NCBI GenBank assembly: GCA_012295275.1
Contig: CM022674.1
Coordinates: forward strand, 3,596,001 to 3,660,000
Length of the DNA stretch: 64,000 nt
Direction: 5' to 3'
Source of the DNA: Chrysomallon squamiferum
Lineage: Eukaryota; Animalia; Mollusca
Each line of letters begins with the position of its first letter. The stretch's first letter is position 1. Shown one piece after another: positions 1 to 27,489 of this stretch. Below the pieces are notes generated by a model, which saw only the letters and a list, made by a program, of their open reading frames with translations, searched no databases and was not told the origin of the DNA. Both the position numbers and the translations under genes were made by a program.

Positions 1-110
1 GACAAAATATATATATATATATACACACATACATACGTACATACATACATACATACATATAGTTATGTAGGTATGTTGATGTATATTTATATGAATGTAG
101 ATTATGTGTT

Positions 111-170
<60 letters not shown>

Positions 171-411
171 CACACATACATACATACATATATATATATG
201 ACATAACTGATCACTGTTTTAAGGTATTAGGTTTGTCCTGCATACATGTATATCAGAATGTTGAGTACAGTGAGGCTGTGTTGGGCTGCCTTCCACATTC
301 GACTTGATCAGGATAAACCTGATACCTTAAGACAGGAAGTTATTATCTGTATGTAATATCTAAATAATATATACATGTGTGTATGTGTCTGTGTGTGTGA
401 GTATGCGTGTG

Positions 412-466
<55 letters not shown>

Positions 467-729
467 ATAAAGATAGATATAGATATAAGATAAGTATGTA
501 TAGAGATTTATTTTTCTTTATTTTCGCTGATAATTAAATAATAACTAAAAGATTTATTACTATGATGAAAGAAATAAAAATAACTTACTTGCATCATTTG
601 TCTGTAATTCAGGTAACGTTATTATTATTGATTGCAGTGAGAGAGAGTGTATGTGTGTGTGTGTGTATGTGTGTGTTTGTGTGTGTGTTACGGTATATAT
701 TATGACATCATAAAACTAGATGAACCTAC

Positions 730-5692
<4,963 letters not shown>

Positions 5693-5873
5693 CTCCAAAA
5701 TTTCTTCCTGTTTTTCCCTTGTATTGTTAGCACCTTGTCAAATGTAGATCCGGTATGAAAAATGCGGCCAGTTGAACCGTGAACCTTGAACAAAATGAAC
5801 GTGCTAATCAGAGCAAGCTGTTGTGAATCACGTCTGCAACGGGCTCGCTTTCTGCCTGTAGCCGTTGACGCGT

Positions 5874-5900
5874 TTTATATATTACCTGTTCATTTGCATA
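5874..5900 (-). promoter_or_regulatory. TATA box (TATATAAAA) plus octamer (ATGCAAAT) upstream of paralog A
   Basis: + strand ttttatatattacctgttcatttgcata is conserved at 5874, 8158 and 16828, upstream of the signal-peptide exon in A and B. Confidence 0.6.
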
Positions 5901-6606
5901 ACATGCTGGTTTGACAACGTCACAAATTCGGCTAAAAAATCTCCCGCTGACATTTTCGGAAATAGAGCGTGTTGCAGACTTTCTTTACTACAGCTTGCTC
6001 GGATTACATCGTTAGTTTTTTCAGCTGTGCAGGGGAAACTGGGGACTTATGAGTCAATGGGAATTTGTGCCACCCCTAAACGCCTGACTGCAAAATGTTA
6101 GTAACACGTGTCAACCATCAGTGCAAAATATTGAAACCTTCACCTACATTGTTTAGAGAGCTTTGGAGCAATCCATCCACATATTAGTTAAAAAGTAGGT
6201 TTTTGACTACCTTCAGTAATTGTTTTGAGTTTTGGTTACAATTTAATTTTCAGGTGGAAATATATATTTCACGGATCCTGTAGAGGTTTGAGTTTTTCAT
6301 TAGAAATTTCGTTTGACTACAGTATTACCTGACTTCTGCATATACTAGACTGCTGTATCTGGTATAAAAAAAAAGACCAATCACAACCTGACAAAACCCG
6401 TGAGATGCCGCTGACGAGATTTGAACATATGACACCCACACTCCCGCACTTATTTATTATTATATTTTTAAATAGCCAAAAATATATTCTCCATTATTTT
6501 TCCTTTTATAAATATAAACATTTTTTTTTTTTTGGAATTTATATTTATAATTAATGTATAGATTTGTAACGCAGTCTTTTTAACGCATATCATTTGCATC
6601 ATTTCA

Positions 6607-6640
<34 letters not shown>

Positions 6641-7208
6641 ACTAATAGCAAACAAAATACAGTTTAATAATGATTACGTTAAAATAGTAGTGGAGACACA
6701 GGTAAGCATTGTAGTTCGATAATCGAGGGTAATCATCTCTTCCTCTTCTTTGTGTGTTTGTATGTATATATGTATGCATGTATGTATGCATGTATGTATG
6801 TATGGATGTATGTATGCAAGTATGTATGTTTGTATGTATGTATGTATGTATGTATGCATGCATGTATGTTTGTATCTATGTATGTATGTATGCATGCATG
6901 CATGCATGTATGTATGTACGTATGTATGTATGTTGTCTAGGATTTTGAATATTGTCTGACTTATGTACGACTGGATAGACAACTATTCGCGAGCGCACTG
7001 AAGCAGGGGGACAAAGTCGAAATACGACCTCACTAACCTCGTCAGATGCCACTGACGAGACTTGAACGTATGACACCCATTCGACGCACCCCGAAGACAA
7101 CCCTAAAAAGATTGCTCAATAACCGAGGGTAATCATCGCTTTGGTATTCTTCTTCTTCTTTTTCTTCTGATATTTCTCTTTCTTCTCTTTCTTCTTCTTC
7201 TTCTTCTT

Positions 7209-7280
<72 letters not shown>

Positions 7281-7503
7281 TATAAAACAAAGGAAAGCAG
7301 AGACAGATTTAATCGAGATATTATAAACTAGCGTTTATCTCAGCTCTACCATTCATCTCAATTCTTCTCCCTGCCTAATATATTTATGTCAGGTGACGTC
7401 GGATACCATTGTTCGCTAAGTAACCTGGACACAAATGTCACAGTGAAACGTGACACATTTTCAGTACAAAGACTAGTCGCGGTTCGACGCGTTTGGAAAA
7501 AAC

Positions 7504-7541
7504 GGGGATTTCCCTTTTTGTGACTGTCATTTCTGATTGGC
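7504..7541. promoter_or_regulatory. kappaB-type site GGGGATTTCCC plus CCAAT box (ctgattggct)
   Basis: Matches the Rel/NF-kB consensus GGGRNNYYCC. The same block recurs at 9248 (GGGGATTTTCC) and 18070 (GGGGATTTCCC), each followed by CTGATTGGCT. Confidence 0.5.
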
Positions 7542-7764
7542 TGTCTGCTTTGACATTGTAATACAAATATTATGAGTAACTTTCATTCAAATTAACAACC
7601 ACTCATTCTGTACATATATTTGTGCAATAATGTGAAAAACGCCTAAAGTAAAAGAAATCGGTAATAATTATTATCCTTTAAGTGTAATGTTCCCTGATTA
7701 TTTATTTTATTTTATGTTACTCCCGAATTTTTTCGTTCAGTTATTATTATTAGACATTCATGAT

Positions 7765-7891
<127 letters not shown>

Positions 7892-8814
7892 CCTCCCTCC
7901 CTCCGCCATCTCTCCCTCTCAACGTCTCTCTCACACCCTCTCTCTGTTTTCTTTTATAATATATATCGTTGTGCTTGTACACAAATATTTCATTTTAATT
8001 CCCTATCACTAATATTAGAAGTAGTAGTAGTAGAAGTAGCAGTATTAGTATTAGTAATGAACCGTGAACCTTGAACAAAATGAACGTGCTAATCAGAGCA
8101 AGCTGTTGTGAATCACGTCTGCAACGGGCTCGCTTTCTGCCTGTAGCCGTTGACGCGTTTTATATATTACCTGTTTATTTGCATAACATGCTGGTTTGAC
8201 AACGTCACAAATTCGGCTAAAAAATCTCCCGCTGACCCATTCGGAAATAGAGCGTGTTGCAGCTTGGGAAACGTGACTTATGAGTCAATGGGGCTTTGTG
8301 CCACCCCTAAACGCCTGACTGCACAATGTTAATGACACGTATCCACCAGCAATGCAAAATATAGAGAGCTTTGGAGCAGTCCATCCACATATTAGTTAAA
8401 AAGTAGGTTTTTGACTACCTTGAGTAATTGTTTTGAGTTTTGGTTACAATTTAATTTTCAGGTGGAAATATATATCTCACAGATCCTGTAGAGGTTTGGG
8501 TTTTTCATTAGAAATTTCGTTTGACTACAGTATTACCTGACTTCTGCATATACTAGACTGCTGTATCTGGTATAAAAAAAAAGATCAATCACAACCTGAC
8601 AAAACCCGTGAGATGCCGCTGACGAGATTTGAACATATCACACCCACACGCCCGCACTTATTTATTATTATTTTGTTTAAATAGCCAAAAATATATTCTC
8701 CATTATTTTTCCTTTTATAAATATAAACATTTTTTTTTTTTTGGAATTTATATTTATAATTAATGTATAGATTTGTAACGCAGTCTTTTTAACGCATATC
8801 ATTTGCATCGTTTC

Positions 8815-8846
<32 letters not shown>

Positions 8847-8978
8847 AATAGCAATAAAATACAGTTGAATAATGATTACGTTAAAATAGTAGTGGAGACA
8901 CCGGTAAGCATGGTAGTTCGATAAACGAGGGTAATCATCGCTTCCTGTTCTTTGTGTGTTTGTATGTATGTATGTATG

Positions 8979-9012
<34 letters not shown>

Positions 9013-9517
9013 TGTATGTATGTATGTATGTATTATTATGTTTTCTAGGATTTTGAATATTGTCTGACTTATGTACGACTAGATAGACAACTATTTGGGA
9101 TCGCACTGACGCAGGATGACAAAGTCGAAATACGACCTCACTAACATGTCTTGTGACATCGCATACCATTGGTCGCTACGTAACAGTGACACGTGACACA
9201 TTTTCAATACAAAGACTAGTCGCGGTTCGACGCGTTTGGAAAAAAACGGGGATTTTCCTTTTTGTCACTGTCATTTCTGATTGGCTGTCTGCTTTGACAT
9301 TGTAATACAAATATTATGAGTAACTTTCATACAAATTAACAACCACTCCTTCTGTACAGATATTTGAGCAATAATGTGAAAAACGCCTAAAGTAAAAGAA
9401 ATCGGTTATAATTATTATCCTTTAAGTGTAATCTTCCCTCATTATTTATTTTATGTTTCGCTTGTTCATTTACTCCCGAATTTTTTCGTTCAGTTATTAT
9501 TATTTGACATTCATGAT

Positions 9518-9638
<121 letters not shown>

Positions 9639-9646
9639 ACTCTCCG

Positions 9647-9715
<69 letters not shown>

Positions 9716-10625
9716 CCTCCCTCCCTCCGCCATCTCTCCCTCTCAACGTCTCTCTCACACCCTCTCTCTGTTTTCTTTTATAATATATATCGTTGTGCTT
9801 GTACACAAATATTTCATTTTAATTCCCTAGAACTACTAGTAGAAGTAGTAGTAGTAGAAGTAGCAGTATTAGTATTAGTAGAGGCAGTACAAAGTAGATA
9901 TATCACTAATAGTACTAGTATTCTAGAAATAATATTTATAGTGGTAGTTGTAATGGAAGCAGAAGCAAAAGTAAAAATAGTTTCACTAGCTGTAGTAGTA
10001 ATAACATTAGTAGCTTAGTATCATTTCTGGCAGGGGTGCTTTAGTAGCTTTAGTAATTATTTGTGTTGTACTTTGTTGTAGCAGTAATACAGTATTCCTA
10101 GTATACGTTATACTGATGGCAGTACTAGTAGTGTTTGTAATGGCAGTTGTAATATTTGTTGATGTAAAGAGATTCTAAAAGAAATACAGTTTTATATTCA
10201 TACTTCTGCTGAACATACCTACTAAAACATTGCTTCCATAGAAACCATTTCTACAGGAACTGTGACGTAATGCTGATAACAAAAATACGGGTACGTGAAT
10301 GTGTTTTAAAATCACGTTAAAGCGTCATAAATAATTATATCTAAGTATTCGTTAAGGCGAAAAATAAAACTCGTCATATAACTGTTTAATTAAGTTTCTT
10401 AGAAATTTATCAGCAGAATCCATGGCCCAGCTGAAGTAAATGTTACACTACACTCTAAAACATTTCAAATTTTAAACAAATCCTGTCAAGCTAATTTCAA
10501 TGAATATCTAAAGTGTGAAATAAGCACAATAAAATATAAGCCTGAAGGTTTGTCTGCCACCTAAATATTAACGTAATAATTGCTATAAAGAACAAAATAA
10601 GAAATAGAAGAAAGACAATCAAGAA

Positions 10626-10666
<41 letters not shown>

Positions 10667-10762
10667 TTAGAAAAGACATTAACAAAAATTAATACAAACA
10701 AGAAAAATAAAAACTGGAAACCAAAGTACAAAACAAAAGAATAACAAACAAAATCACACAAG

Positions 10763-10814
<52 letters not shown>

Positions 10815-11330
10815 GTTTTCGAGAATATCTAAATAACGAAAAGTACGAATTCGAAACAGTCAAGGGAAACAACTCTCGTGGAAGAGTATCTTGCTAGAGT
10901 TACTTCGCTTGCTTTATAAACACGTGCTGCTCATAGGTTCTGTAATTATATTTTGTTGTGAGGTTCGCAACTTACTTAAAGTTCTGTGTAACAGAAAGTG
11001 AAACAATTATGACTACATCTTTTGCTTTTAAATACTAGTTTCGGGGATCGGATCCTACTAACGGCTACTCTCATAGCTATTTATATATAACAGATACAAC
11101 ACTTGTACATTAATAAAGAAATTTTATCTCTCTGACACTTTAACATACTCTGCTGACTGATTCATGAATACAACTACTACTAATAATAATAATAAGAAGA
11201 AGAATACTAATAATAATAATAGTAATAATAATTTTACTCTTCACATTACAGTAGAGAGAAAAAAAATAGAAAACAATAACAACAGCAATAACAGCAGCAG
11301 CAACAACAACAACAACAACAACAACAACAA

Positions 11331-11382
<52 letters not shown>

Positions 11383-12228
11383 CAAAAAGTAAAAGAAAGA
11401 GAAAAAGAAGGAAAATAAGAAGAAATACAAATAATAACAAAAATAAAACGAAGGAAAAACAACATATTGGACTAACATAGACATTTCTTCTTTATCTATG
11501 TTGACAAATAAACAAAAACAGTTCTAACAAATAACACAAATCTTTCGGAAATCATTACAAAATTTATTACAAAATATAAATTCTGAGTGTTGATCAAATA
11601 ATACTTTTTTTTTCTAGGTCATAATTAAAGTTAAATGTGGTAAATTATTTTACCGAAATATTCTCAAAATATTATAATTAAATATATTTTATTAATCTGA
11701 ATATTTAAACTAAAAACAAACCAATTATTATTATCCTTCCTGTTATTCTTCTACATCTCTGATTATATATTTCCTATTTAGTACATTATCTACAATAATA
11801 CGATACAAAATGATATCTTCACAGACCAGAAAAAATAAAATTATACTTTCATGGAATTAACAAGGACTCAGAAATCATCTTGTATTAGTCAATAAAAAGT
11901 TAGTACTGCAGAATCACAAAAGTAATAATAGTGCTGAGTTTACGTGGAGCAAATTTACGTCACTAAGTCTCTGGTTATCACAAAGTTATCCATCAGCATT
12001 CACCTGAAACGAAAGAAAAGAGATGATGTCATAGCAATGAAAGAACGAATGTTCGACATGAAAGGAAGAACAAACAGACGAATGAAACTTTAACGAGTGT
12101 CACAAATAGAATACAACTGTTCTAAAGAATTTCTTCTCTATAATGTTTGATTGTAATAACTGGGTGTGCTTGAAAAATACAGAAATGGATGTAATCATCA
12201 TTTCTTCCGTCCATGTAAAATGTTTGCA

Positions 12229-12308
<80 letters not shown>

Positions 12309-12859
12309 ATAAAAATAAGAAGAATAATTATTATAAGTATTAATATATGAGTGTGTGACAATATATACGAATATATAATTATGTATGTTTACATATTTGT
12401 GCGTGCGCATCGGGTAGAAAGAATTTCAATGTTTTTCTAATGAATAAAGATTTAACTTTATAACGATTATATAAAATGAAAACTTTAGATAGACTGAATT
12501 AATTTGGGAAAAGTGTCTTAATTATACATCAGTCAGAAAATATGTAGATTAAAGGTTTCTTAAAGAGATACAAAGACAAGGAATGGCAAAAGGATGAAAA
12601 ATGTAAATAAATAAAACTAAATAAATAAATTAATTAATTAATTAATAAATGAAAGAAAATAAATAAAACTAACTAACTAACTAAATAAATAAATAAATAA
12701 ATGAAAGAACAAAATAAACCGTTTTGATAATGTTTCAGATTCTGCTTAAGAACAAAGTTTTGTAAATGTTTCAAACTAACAGCACCTCGTTTGTAATTGT
12801 AATTAAAATTTGTTTAAACAAAACTGTTTCATTTTAATACGTACATGTTTCTAACTGAT

Positions 12860-16732
<3,873 letters not shown>

Positions 16733-16827
16733 TTCCAGAATTTCTTCTTTTTTTTTTGCCCTTGTATGTTCGCACCTTGTCAAATGTAGATCCGGTATGA
16801 AGAATGCGCCCAGTAGCCGTTTACGGG

Positions 16828-16854
16828 TTTTATATATTACCTGTTCATTTGCAT
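16828..16854 (-). promoter_or_regulatory. TATA box and octamer upstream of paralog B
   Basis: TATATAAAA lies about 96 nt upstream of the ATG at 16732, with ATGCAAAT just upstream; conserved with paralog A. Confidence 0.6.
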
Positions 16855-17023
16855 AAAATGCGGGTTTGAAAACGTCACAAATTCTGCGAAAAGAAACGCC
16901 CCCTTGTTTTCTCGGAAAGACGAAGTGTCAGAGATGTGCTTGACAATAGTTAACTGTTTTCACTTCAGTTCAGAAATCTCTTTCTGTGTATGTGTGTATG
17001 GTTTTGTGTGTATATATACATAT

Positions 17024-17136
<113 letters not shown>

Positions 17137-17169
17137 TTCCCTGTATGTTTGCATTTATGTATGCATATG

Positions 17170-17204
<35 letters not shown>

Positions 17205-17260
17205 ATTGATGGATGGATGGATATACATTCATACGGGTATTTATACATATAATTACATAC

Positions 17261-17303
<43 letters not shown>

Positions 17304-17493
17304 GAAACACATAATTACATACATTAGTATGTATGTTTGTTTGTATGTGGATACAGTTAATAAGAAAGGAAACAACTGAATATCTTCCAAATCCTAGGAC
17401 AAAAAAAAAAAATCATATAATCCACTTCATGGGCTACATTTTCCGATTAACAGCATAAATAAATAAATAAATAAATAAATAAACAAACAAACA

Positions 17494-17532
<39 letters not shown>

Positions 17533-18069
17533 ACAAACAAATAAATAAATAAATAAACAAACAAACAAACAAACAAATAAATAAATAAACAAACAAATAA
17601 ATTAATTAATTAATTAATTGAAAGAAAATAAATAAATGAAAATGAAAATAAAATGAAACGAAACAAAAATACATGAAGAGGAAGGAGGGAAATTAAAAGG
17701 AAAGTAGCATTACGAATAGAAGAGGTATTGCGACAGAGCCGGTTTAGGTAAATACCAGGTAATAGACTCGACACCTTTCCACCTAAGAATAAACGTATTC
17801 AAACGTGCTCGCAAATGACTGGTCGCGGTTAAACGTGTTCAAACGTGCTCGCAAATGATTGGCCGCGGTTAATCGCCAGACTGCTGTTTATGTCGTCATG
17901 GTGACGCTCGCGGGGGGCTTCAAGGTCAAAATGATTACTAATACGTCAGAGCAAAACCAAAAGTAGACATTTCCAAGTAACGTAGGACAATGTTTCCAAA
18001 GTGCGTCATACATTGTTTGTTATGTGTAGTTAATAACGGTTAGACGGGATTGTGATGAAAAAAAAACCC

Positions 18070-18110
18070 GGGGATTTCCCTTTTTTTATTATTGTCAATA
18101 CTGATTGGCT
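18070..18110. promoter_or_regulatory. kappaB-type site plus CCAAT box about 1.35 kb upstream of paralog B
   Basis: GGGGATTTCCC at 18070-18080 and ctgattggct at 18101-18110, homologous to the block at 7504. Confidence 0.5.
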
Positions 18111-18705
18111 GTTTGCTGTTACATTATAATGTAAATATTATGATCACTTACAATAAGATGGGGTAACATTTTTTGGAGTTTGAATATAGGGTTTCTTATT
18201 TTATTATTGATATGTTTCGGACGTTAATACATATAATAAGAAGAAGAAGAAGAAGAAGAAGAAGAATAGTAATAATAATAATTATAATAATAATTATAAT
18301 AATAATAATGAAATACTGTTAATATGAAAATAAAATTAAGTAAGATGAACGAATGAAAGAACGAAAGAGTGTAATAATGGCAATACGATTATGTTAACAA
18401 GATCAACGTCAGCATCATCAACGACCTTACTTTATGGACGATGTGGGTTTCAGTGGTATGAACGATTGTGCAGCCAGCCTTATCACGTATATGTATATAT
18501 ATATATATATATAATAAAAATAATTTAAAACATTTTCCTTGTTTCATTTTGTTGTTATTTTTTTAAATAACTTTATTTAATATATATTATATGACATTTT
18601 CATTATGTTATATTACATTATATTATATTACATTATATTACATTACATTACATTATATTATATTATATTATATTATATTATATTATATTTGTTTGGTTTT
18701 TTCAG

Positions 18706-18886
18706 TTGCATCTACAGTAGTGTTCAGATTTCCCTCTTAGTTGGATTTCAGTAAATCAGTTAGAAACTTGTACGTATTAAAATGAAACAGTTTTGTTTAA
18801 ACAAATTTTAATTACAATTACAAACGAGGTGCTGTTAGTTTGAAACATTTACAAAACTTTGTTCTTAAGCAGAAACTGAAACATTC
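18706..18886 (+). pseudogene. Orphan inverted copy of the last (GPI-signal) exon and 3'UTR of paralog B
   Basis: ttttcag|TTGCATCTACAGTAGTGTTCAGA...TCTTAGTTGGATTTCAGTAA has a net 16-nt deletion relative to 12860-12924, followed by a near-identical copy of the 3'UTR (12730-12859). Confidence 0.8.
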
Positions 18887-19054
18887 TTTCACTAACTGAT
18901 TGTTAGATTGAGTGATTGAGTAATTATATTGATAGTGATTATCCTTTTTGTTATTTATTGTCTTTGTATCTCTATTAGTAACGTTGCATAATTAATGTTG
19001 TTTACTTTAAACTTGTTTGCAAATGAAAACATTTTTATTTTTTATTTTTTTATT

Positions 19055-19099
<45 letters not shown>

Positions 19100-19556
19100 T
19101 TCATTCATGTGTCTAAAGTTTTCTATTGATGTAATTGTTATAAAAACGTAAGTTAAATGCATTTTGGATAAAGAAAAAATGTTCATCACTTAGAAAAACA
19201 TTGAAACTCTTTCTACCCGATGCACATGTTTTGTTTTGGGTCTTCTTGTATTGTTTTTTTTTGGTAGTTTTCTTCATTACTATTATTTTTTGTTTTTGTT
19301 TCTCTTTAATGTTCAGAGTAAAACTTCAAACTGGATATCCTTAGTTATAAAACACATACAGTAATTCACATTGGCATCTAGGACGATAACGTCACGTTTT
19401 CAGAGGATATCTAGTATGTTAACGTCACGATTAAGAACATATCTAGGTCTTTAGCGTCACGTTTAAGAACATACCTTGAATGAACATACCGTAATGTGTA
19501 TCAAATGAAATGTCAGTATAAGTAAATATAAGAGCGATCTCGAATTAACAGTTAAG

Positions 19557-19648
<92 letters not shown>

Positions 19649-20062
19649 AACAATAATAATAATAATCATAATCATAATAATAATAACAACAACAACAACA
19701 ACAACACTAATAATAATAATAATAATAAATGTTTTATAGTTTGTGACTATTTAGTTGTTGACGTTTGACAAACGAACTCATGATAATATGATATTCAGAC
19801 ATGTTCCCAACAACTGGATGCCTGAACATGATATACATTTATGATCCCTTTTTTGATAACCGTTATTTCTAAATGGATTTATTAAAAATTCCAGAATAGT
19901 CATCTTCATCATCATTATTATTATCATATAAACTACAATTACATGACGTAATGAAATAAGGAAATAAAGAACTAAAGTCAAATATCGATGATAAAGGTAT
20001 GGTATATTTTGTGTTACTCTCCTTAATGATTATCTTTCATGTTTTTGTTTGTGCGTATGTAT

Positions 20063-20185
<123 letters not shown>

Positions 20186-20725
20186 ACAAACAAATGGGAC
20201 ATTTAAAATGACCGAAATCAAACTAATAAAAAGAGATATTTCACAGTTTATTCAAAATAAATTCAAAATTTTGGAGACGTATAATTATAATATATTAATA
20301 TGTATACGTAAACCACAACATACAAAAATAAATAATTTAATTCTACACAACAATAATTTAAATTCTACTATTATGGAGTGAGTTTTTTAAGTTTCTTATC
20401 AGAATACATAGTATATTTTGGCTGTTGAAAATAAAAAGATAGTTTTCTTAACCGATTTTAACATTGGGAAGTATATGCTCGTACGTCTGTGTGTACTAGC
20501 AGATGACGTACAGGTAGCAGCAATCAATATAATAGTAACAGTAGCATTAGAAGCAAGAAGAATAGTAGTAATAGTAATAATAGTAGTAATCTAAGTAATA
20601 ATATTAGTTTTTGTGTTTGAATAATAGTGGTAGTTGTCATTGTGACAGTATTAATATTAATAGCAGCAGCAGCAGCAACAGTATGACTAGTAGTAGTAGT
20701 GAAGATAGTAAGAGTTGCAGGAGTG

Positions 20726-20761
<36 letters not shown>

Positions 20762-21026
20762 ATAGTAGTAATAGTAGTAGTAGTAGTAGTAGTAGTTTGG
20801 TTTATCGTAATGTTTGCTGATCTAGAAGTAACAACAAGAACAAACAAGAATTGATATGCATCACCATCATCATCATCATCACAATTATCATCACAGTCAT
20901 AATCATATAACACAATAAATTATACTAATATCTAGTTTAAAGCGATGAGAAAAATAAATTCTTTGGAGACAATTTCACATTTTGAAATGTTTCGCAGTAA
21001 AGAAAGAACAAACAAATAGATATTTA

Positions 21027-21054
21027 GCCTCCGGCGGGATTCGAACTTCAGCCG
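21027..21054 (-). mobile_element. tRNA-derived fragment (T-arm/B-box), probably a SINE remnant
   Basis: Minus strand reads cggctgaaGTTCGAATCCcgccggaggc; no 5' half or complete cloverleaf is visible. Confidence 0.35.
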
Positions 21055-21094
21055 ATCATTTTACAGTCATAGAAATATCATTATTATTATTATT

Positions 21095-21126
<32 letters not shown>

Positions 21127-21405
21127 GAACAATATTATCATTATCATCATCGTCATCATCATCGTCCATTTCAATTACTTTTAACACTATAATTATGCTA
21201 ACAATAATAATAATAACTTTATAATTATTATAATCATTATCATCATCATAATACATTATAGGTATTACCATTATCATCATCATTATCAGTATCATTATTA
21301 TTATTATTATTATTATTAACATTATTATTATTATTATTGTTATTGTTATTAATTATTATTATTATTATGATGATGATTATTATATTATTATTATTATCAT
21401 TATTA

Positions 21406-21457
<52 letters not shown>

Positions 21458-23322
21458 TCATTTGAGTCTGGGCTATTCAGTCATGTGAAACTTTGTTACA
21501 GTATAACTTGAATTGCGTGGTCAAGACTGGATTAATGTTACTATGTTATACTGTTACAGAGAAAAGTCAGAGTAGAGGATTTTCATCTCCCCACTTAGCT
21601 CTTGCTAATGGTCGATAGATGGATTCGATCGCAGAAGCTACTGTTCAAAAGCACAAGACGTAGCCATAAAGCTTACAGAGAATAATAACTAATCAATTAA
21701 TCCGGCAGCACAGTATGATTTAGTGTTATAGAGAACATTTCTTTAATAATGTATAAGTGTTGCTTCTTTACATTTAGTTATGAGTAGTAACCGTTAGCAG
21801 GATCCGATCCCCGAACCTGTAATTTAAAAACAAAAGACGTAACCACAACACGTCCAAGTCCCGTTGAACACAGAATTTTAAGCGAGTCGTGAACCTGACA
21901 ACAGTATATCATTACGGAACCCATGAACAGCGTAAGAATCCAACAAGCGAAATAACTCTAGCAAAATACTGTTCCACGAGAGTTATTTCCCTTTGTTGTA
22001 GATATTCTCGTGATTTAGATATTCTTGAAAACGTTTGTTCCCGTTTTGTTTTGGTGTTGTTGTTGTTGTTGTTTTTTTTTTGTTTTTTTTTGTTTTTTGT
22101 TTTTTTTTTCTTTGTTTGTTTGTTTGTTTTTTTTTTGCTTTTTGTTGTCTTTCTTCTAATTTTTTCTTTTTCTTTATAAACGTTCAGGCTTACATTTTAT
22201 TGGTGCTTATTTTGACTCTTCAGATATACCGTGAAATTAGCGTGGCAGGATTTTTTTTTTTTTTTAATTTGTATTGTTTTAGTGTGTAGCGTAACATATA
22301 CGTCAGCTCGACCATGGATTCTGCTGATAAAGTTTCTAAGAAACATAATTAAACAATTATATGACGAGTTTCCTTTTCCGCGTTAAGAATGTTTAGTATC
22401 ATTATTTATGACGTATTCACATACCCGTATTTCTGTTATCGTTATTACGTCACAGTTCCTGTAGAAATGGTTTCTGTGTAAGCAGTGGTTTACTGTGGTA
22501 TGTTCCGTAGAAGTATGCATACGAAGCTACATTTCTTTTAGAATCTTTACATCATAATATTCTGTATGTTCAAACAATTCTGTAACAATTTGTTACAAAT
22601 TTAGATGGCAATACACATACATTTTCATTGCGTTTCTACTGTCATAATGTCTGACGCTTAACAACGACTTTACGTCATAGCTTTAGATTTTCAAAATAAA
22701 ACTGGCTCATAATATCAACATTGTGTGTATCCAATCACAGCCACATGATCCTCAAGGAATAAATAGTTGTACAAAGAGGGTTTTTGTTGAAATTTAACAC
22801 ATACACGTCACATTCACAGTTGTTTTAAATCATTATTTGACATGAATAATTGGTCCTAAAAGCTTCATTTTTTTGTTGTCGTTGCTGCTGCTGCTGCTGT
22901 TATTGTTGTTGTTGCTGTTGTTCTTGATGTGGTTTTAGGTTAGGACGCAGACAAAGTGGTAATCGTTATTTTCACAGCATCATTATGTCATATTCTGATA
23001 AATATTTGTATACGGCACTTTGTGTTGTTGTTGCTGTTGTTGTTGTTGTTGATGTTGTTGCTGATGTGGTTTTCTGTTAAACGAATTTCACGCAGCAGAC
23101 AGAATGTAACCGTTATCTTCGCATCACTTCCACGAAATAACAAACTTTATACAATTTAACGTTTCTTTGAAAAGAGGGTGTCCATGCTTTCGTGATGGTT
23201 TTCGTTTTAAACTATTTATTTATTTATTTATTTATTTTATTTTATTTAATTTTCGTGCCGTACTTACGTCATGATTTCCGAGAAATTACTGGCAGAATAC
23301 AGCAGTATATACTTTTTTTTTT

Positions 23323-23354
<32 letters not shown>

Positions 23355-23444
23355 TTTCTTACTTTCCATCAACATTTTCATAAAGCGAAGCGAAACACAT
23401 TTCCAACGCTATCTACAACATAAGCATGCAAACGTGGATTGCCC

Positions 23445-27297
<3,853 letters not shown>

Positions 27298-27489
27298 CTT
27301 TGCTTCCTCTGAAAGAAAAGAAAAAAAAAAAAAAATATGTGAGAAAGAAAAAAGAAAATAATTAGTCAGAAAATAAATAGTGCAATAAATAGTTGTTTTA
27401 GTTTCGTTGAAAAGCTAAGTGTGTTTTCATTTATGTAAACTATTTCCTATTTTGCACTTGTTTTATATACTAACATATAGGTCAAACAG

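Noticed and set aside
254-601. Possible further exons of paralog A (13-nt micro-exon 589-601; exon about 254-326 reading YQVYPDQVECGRQPNTASLYSTF*)
   Set aside because: Splice-like signals exist, but there is no similarity to the ADCL-containing exon 3 of paralog B, so they cannot be supported without transcripts.
5865-6101. Duplicated + strand ORF MTRFIYYLFICITCW... (also 8150-8332)
   Set aside because: It starts at a non-ATG codon, overlaps the minus-strand TATA/octamer promoter, and recurs only because of the tandem duplication.
21027-21054. Possible tRNA gene
   Set aside because: Only a T-loop/B-box fragment is present, with no D-arm or anticodon arm.
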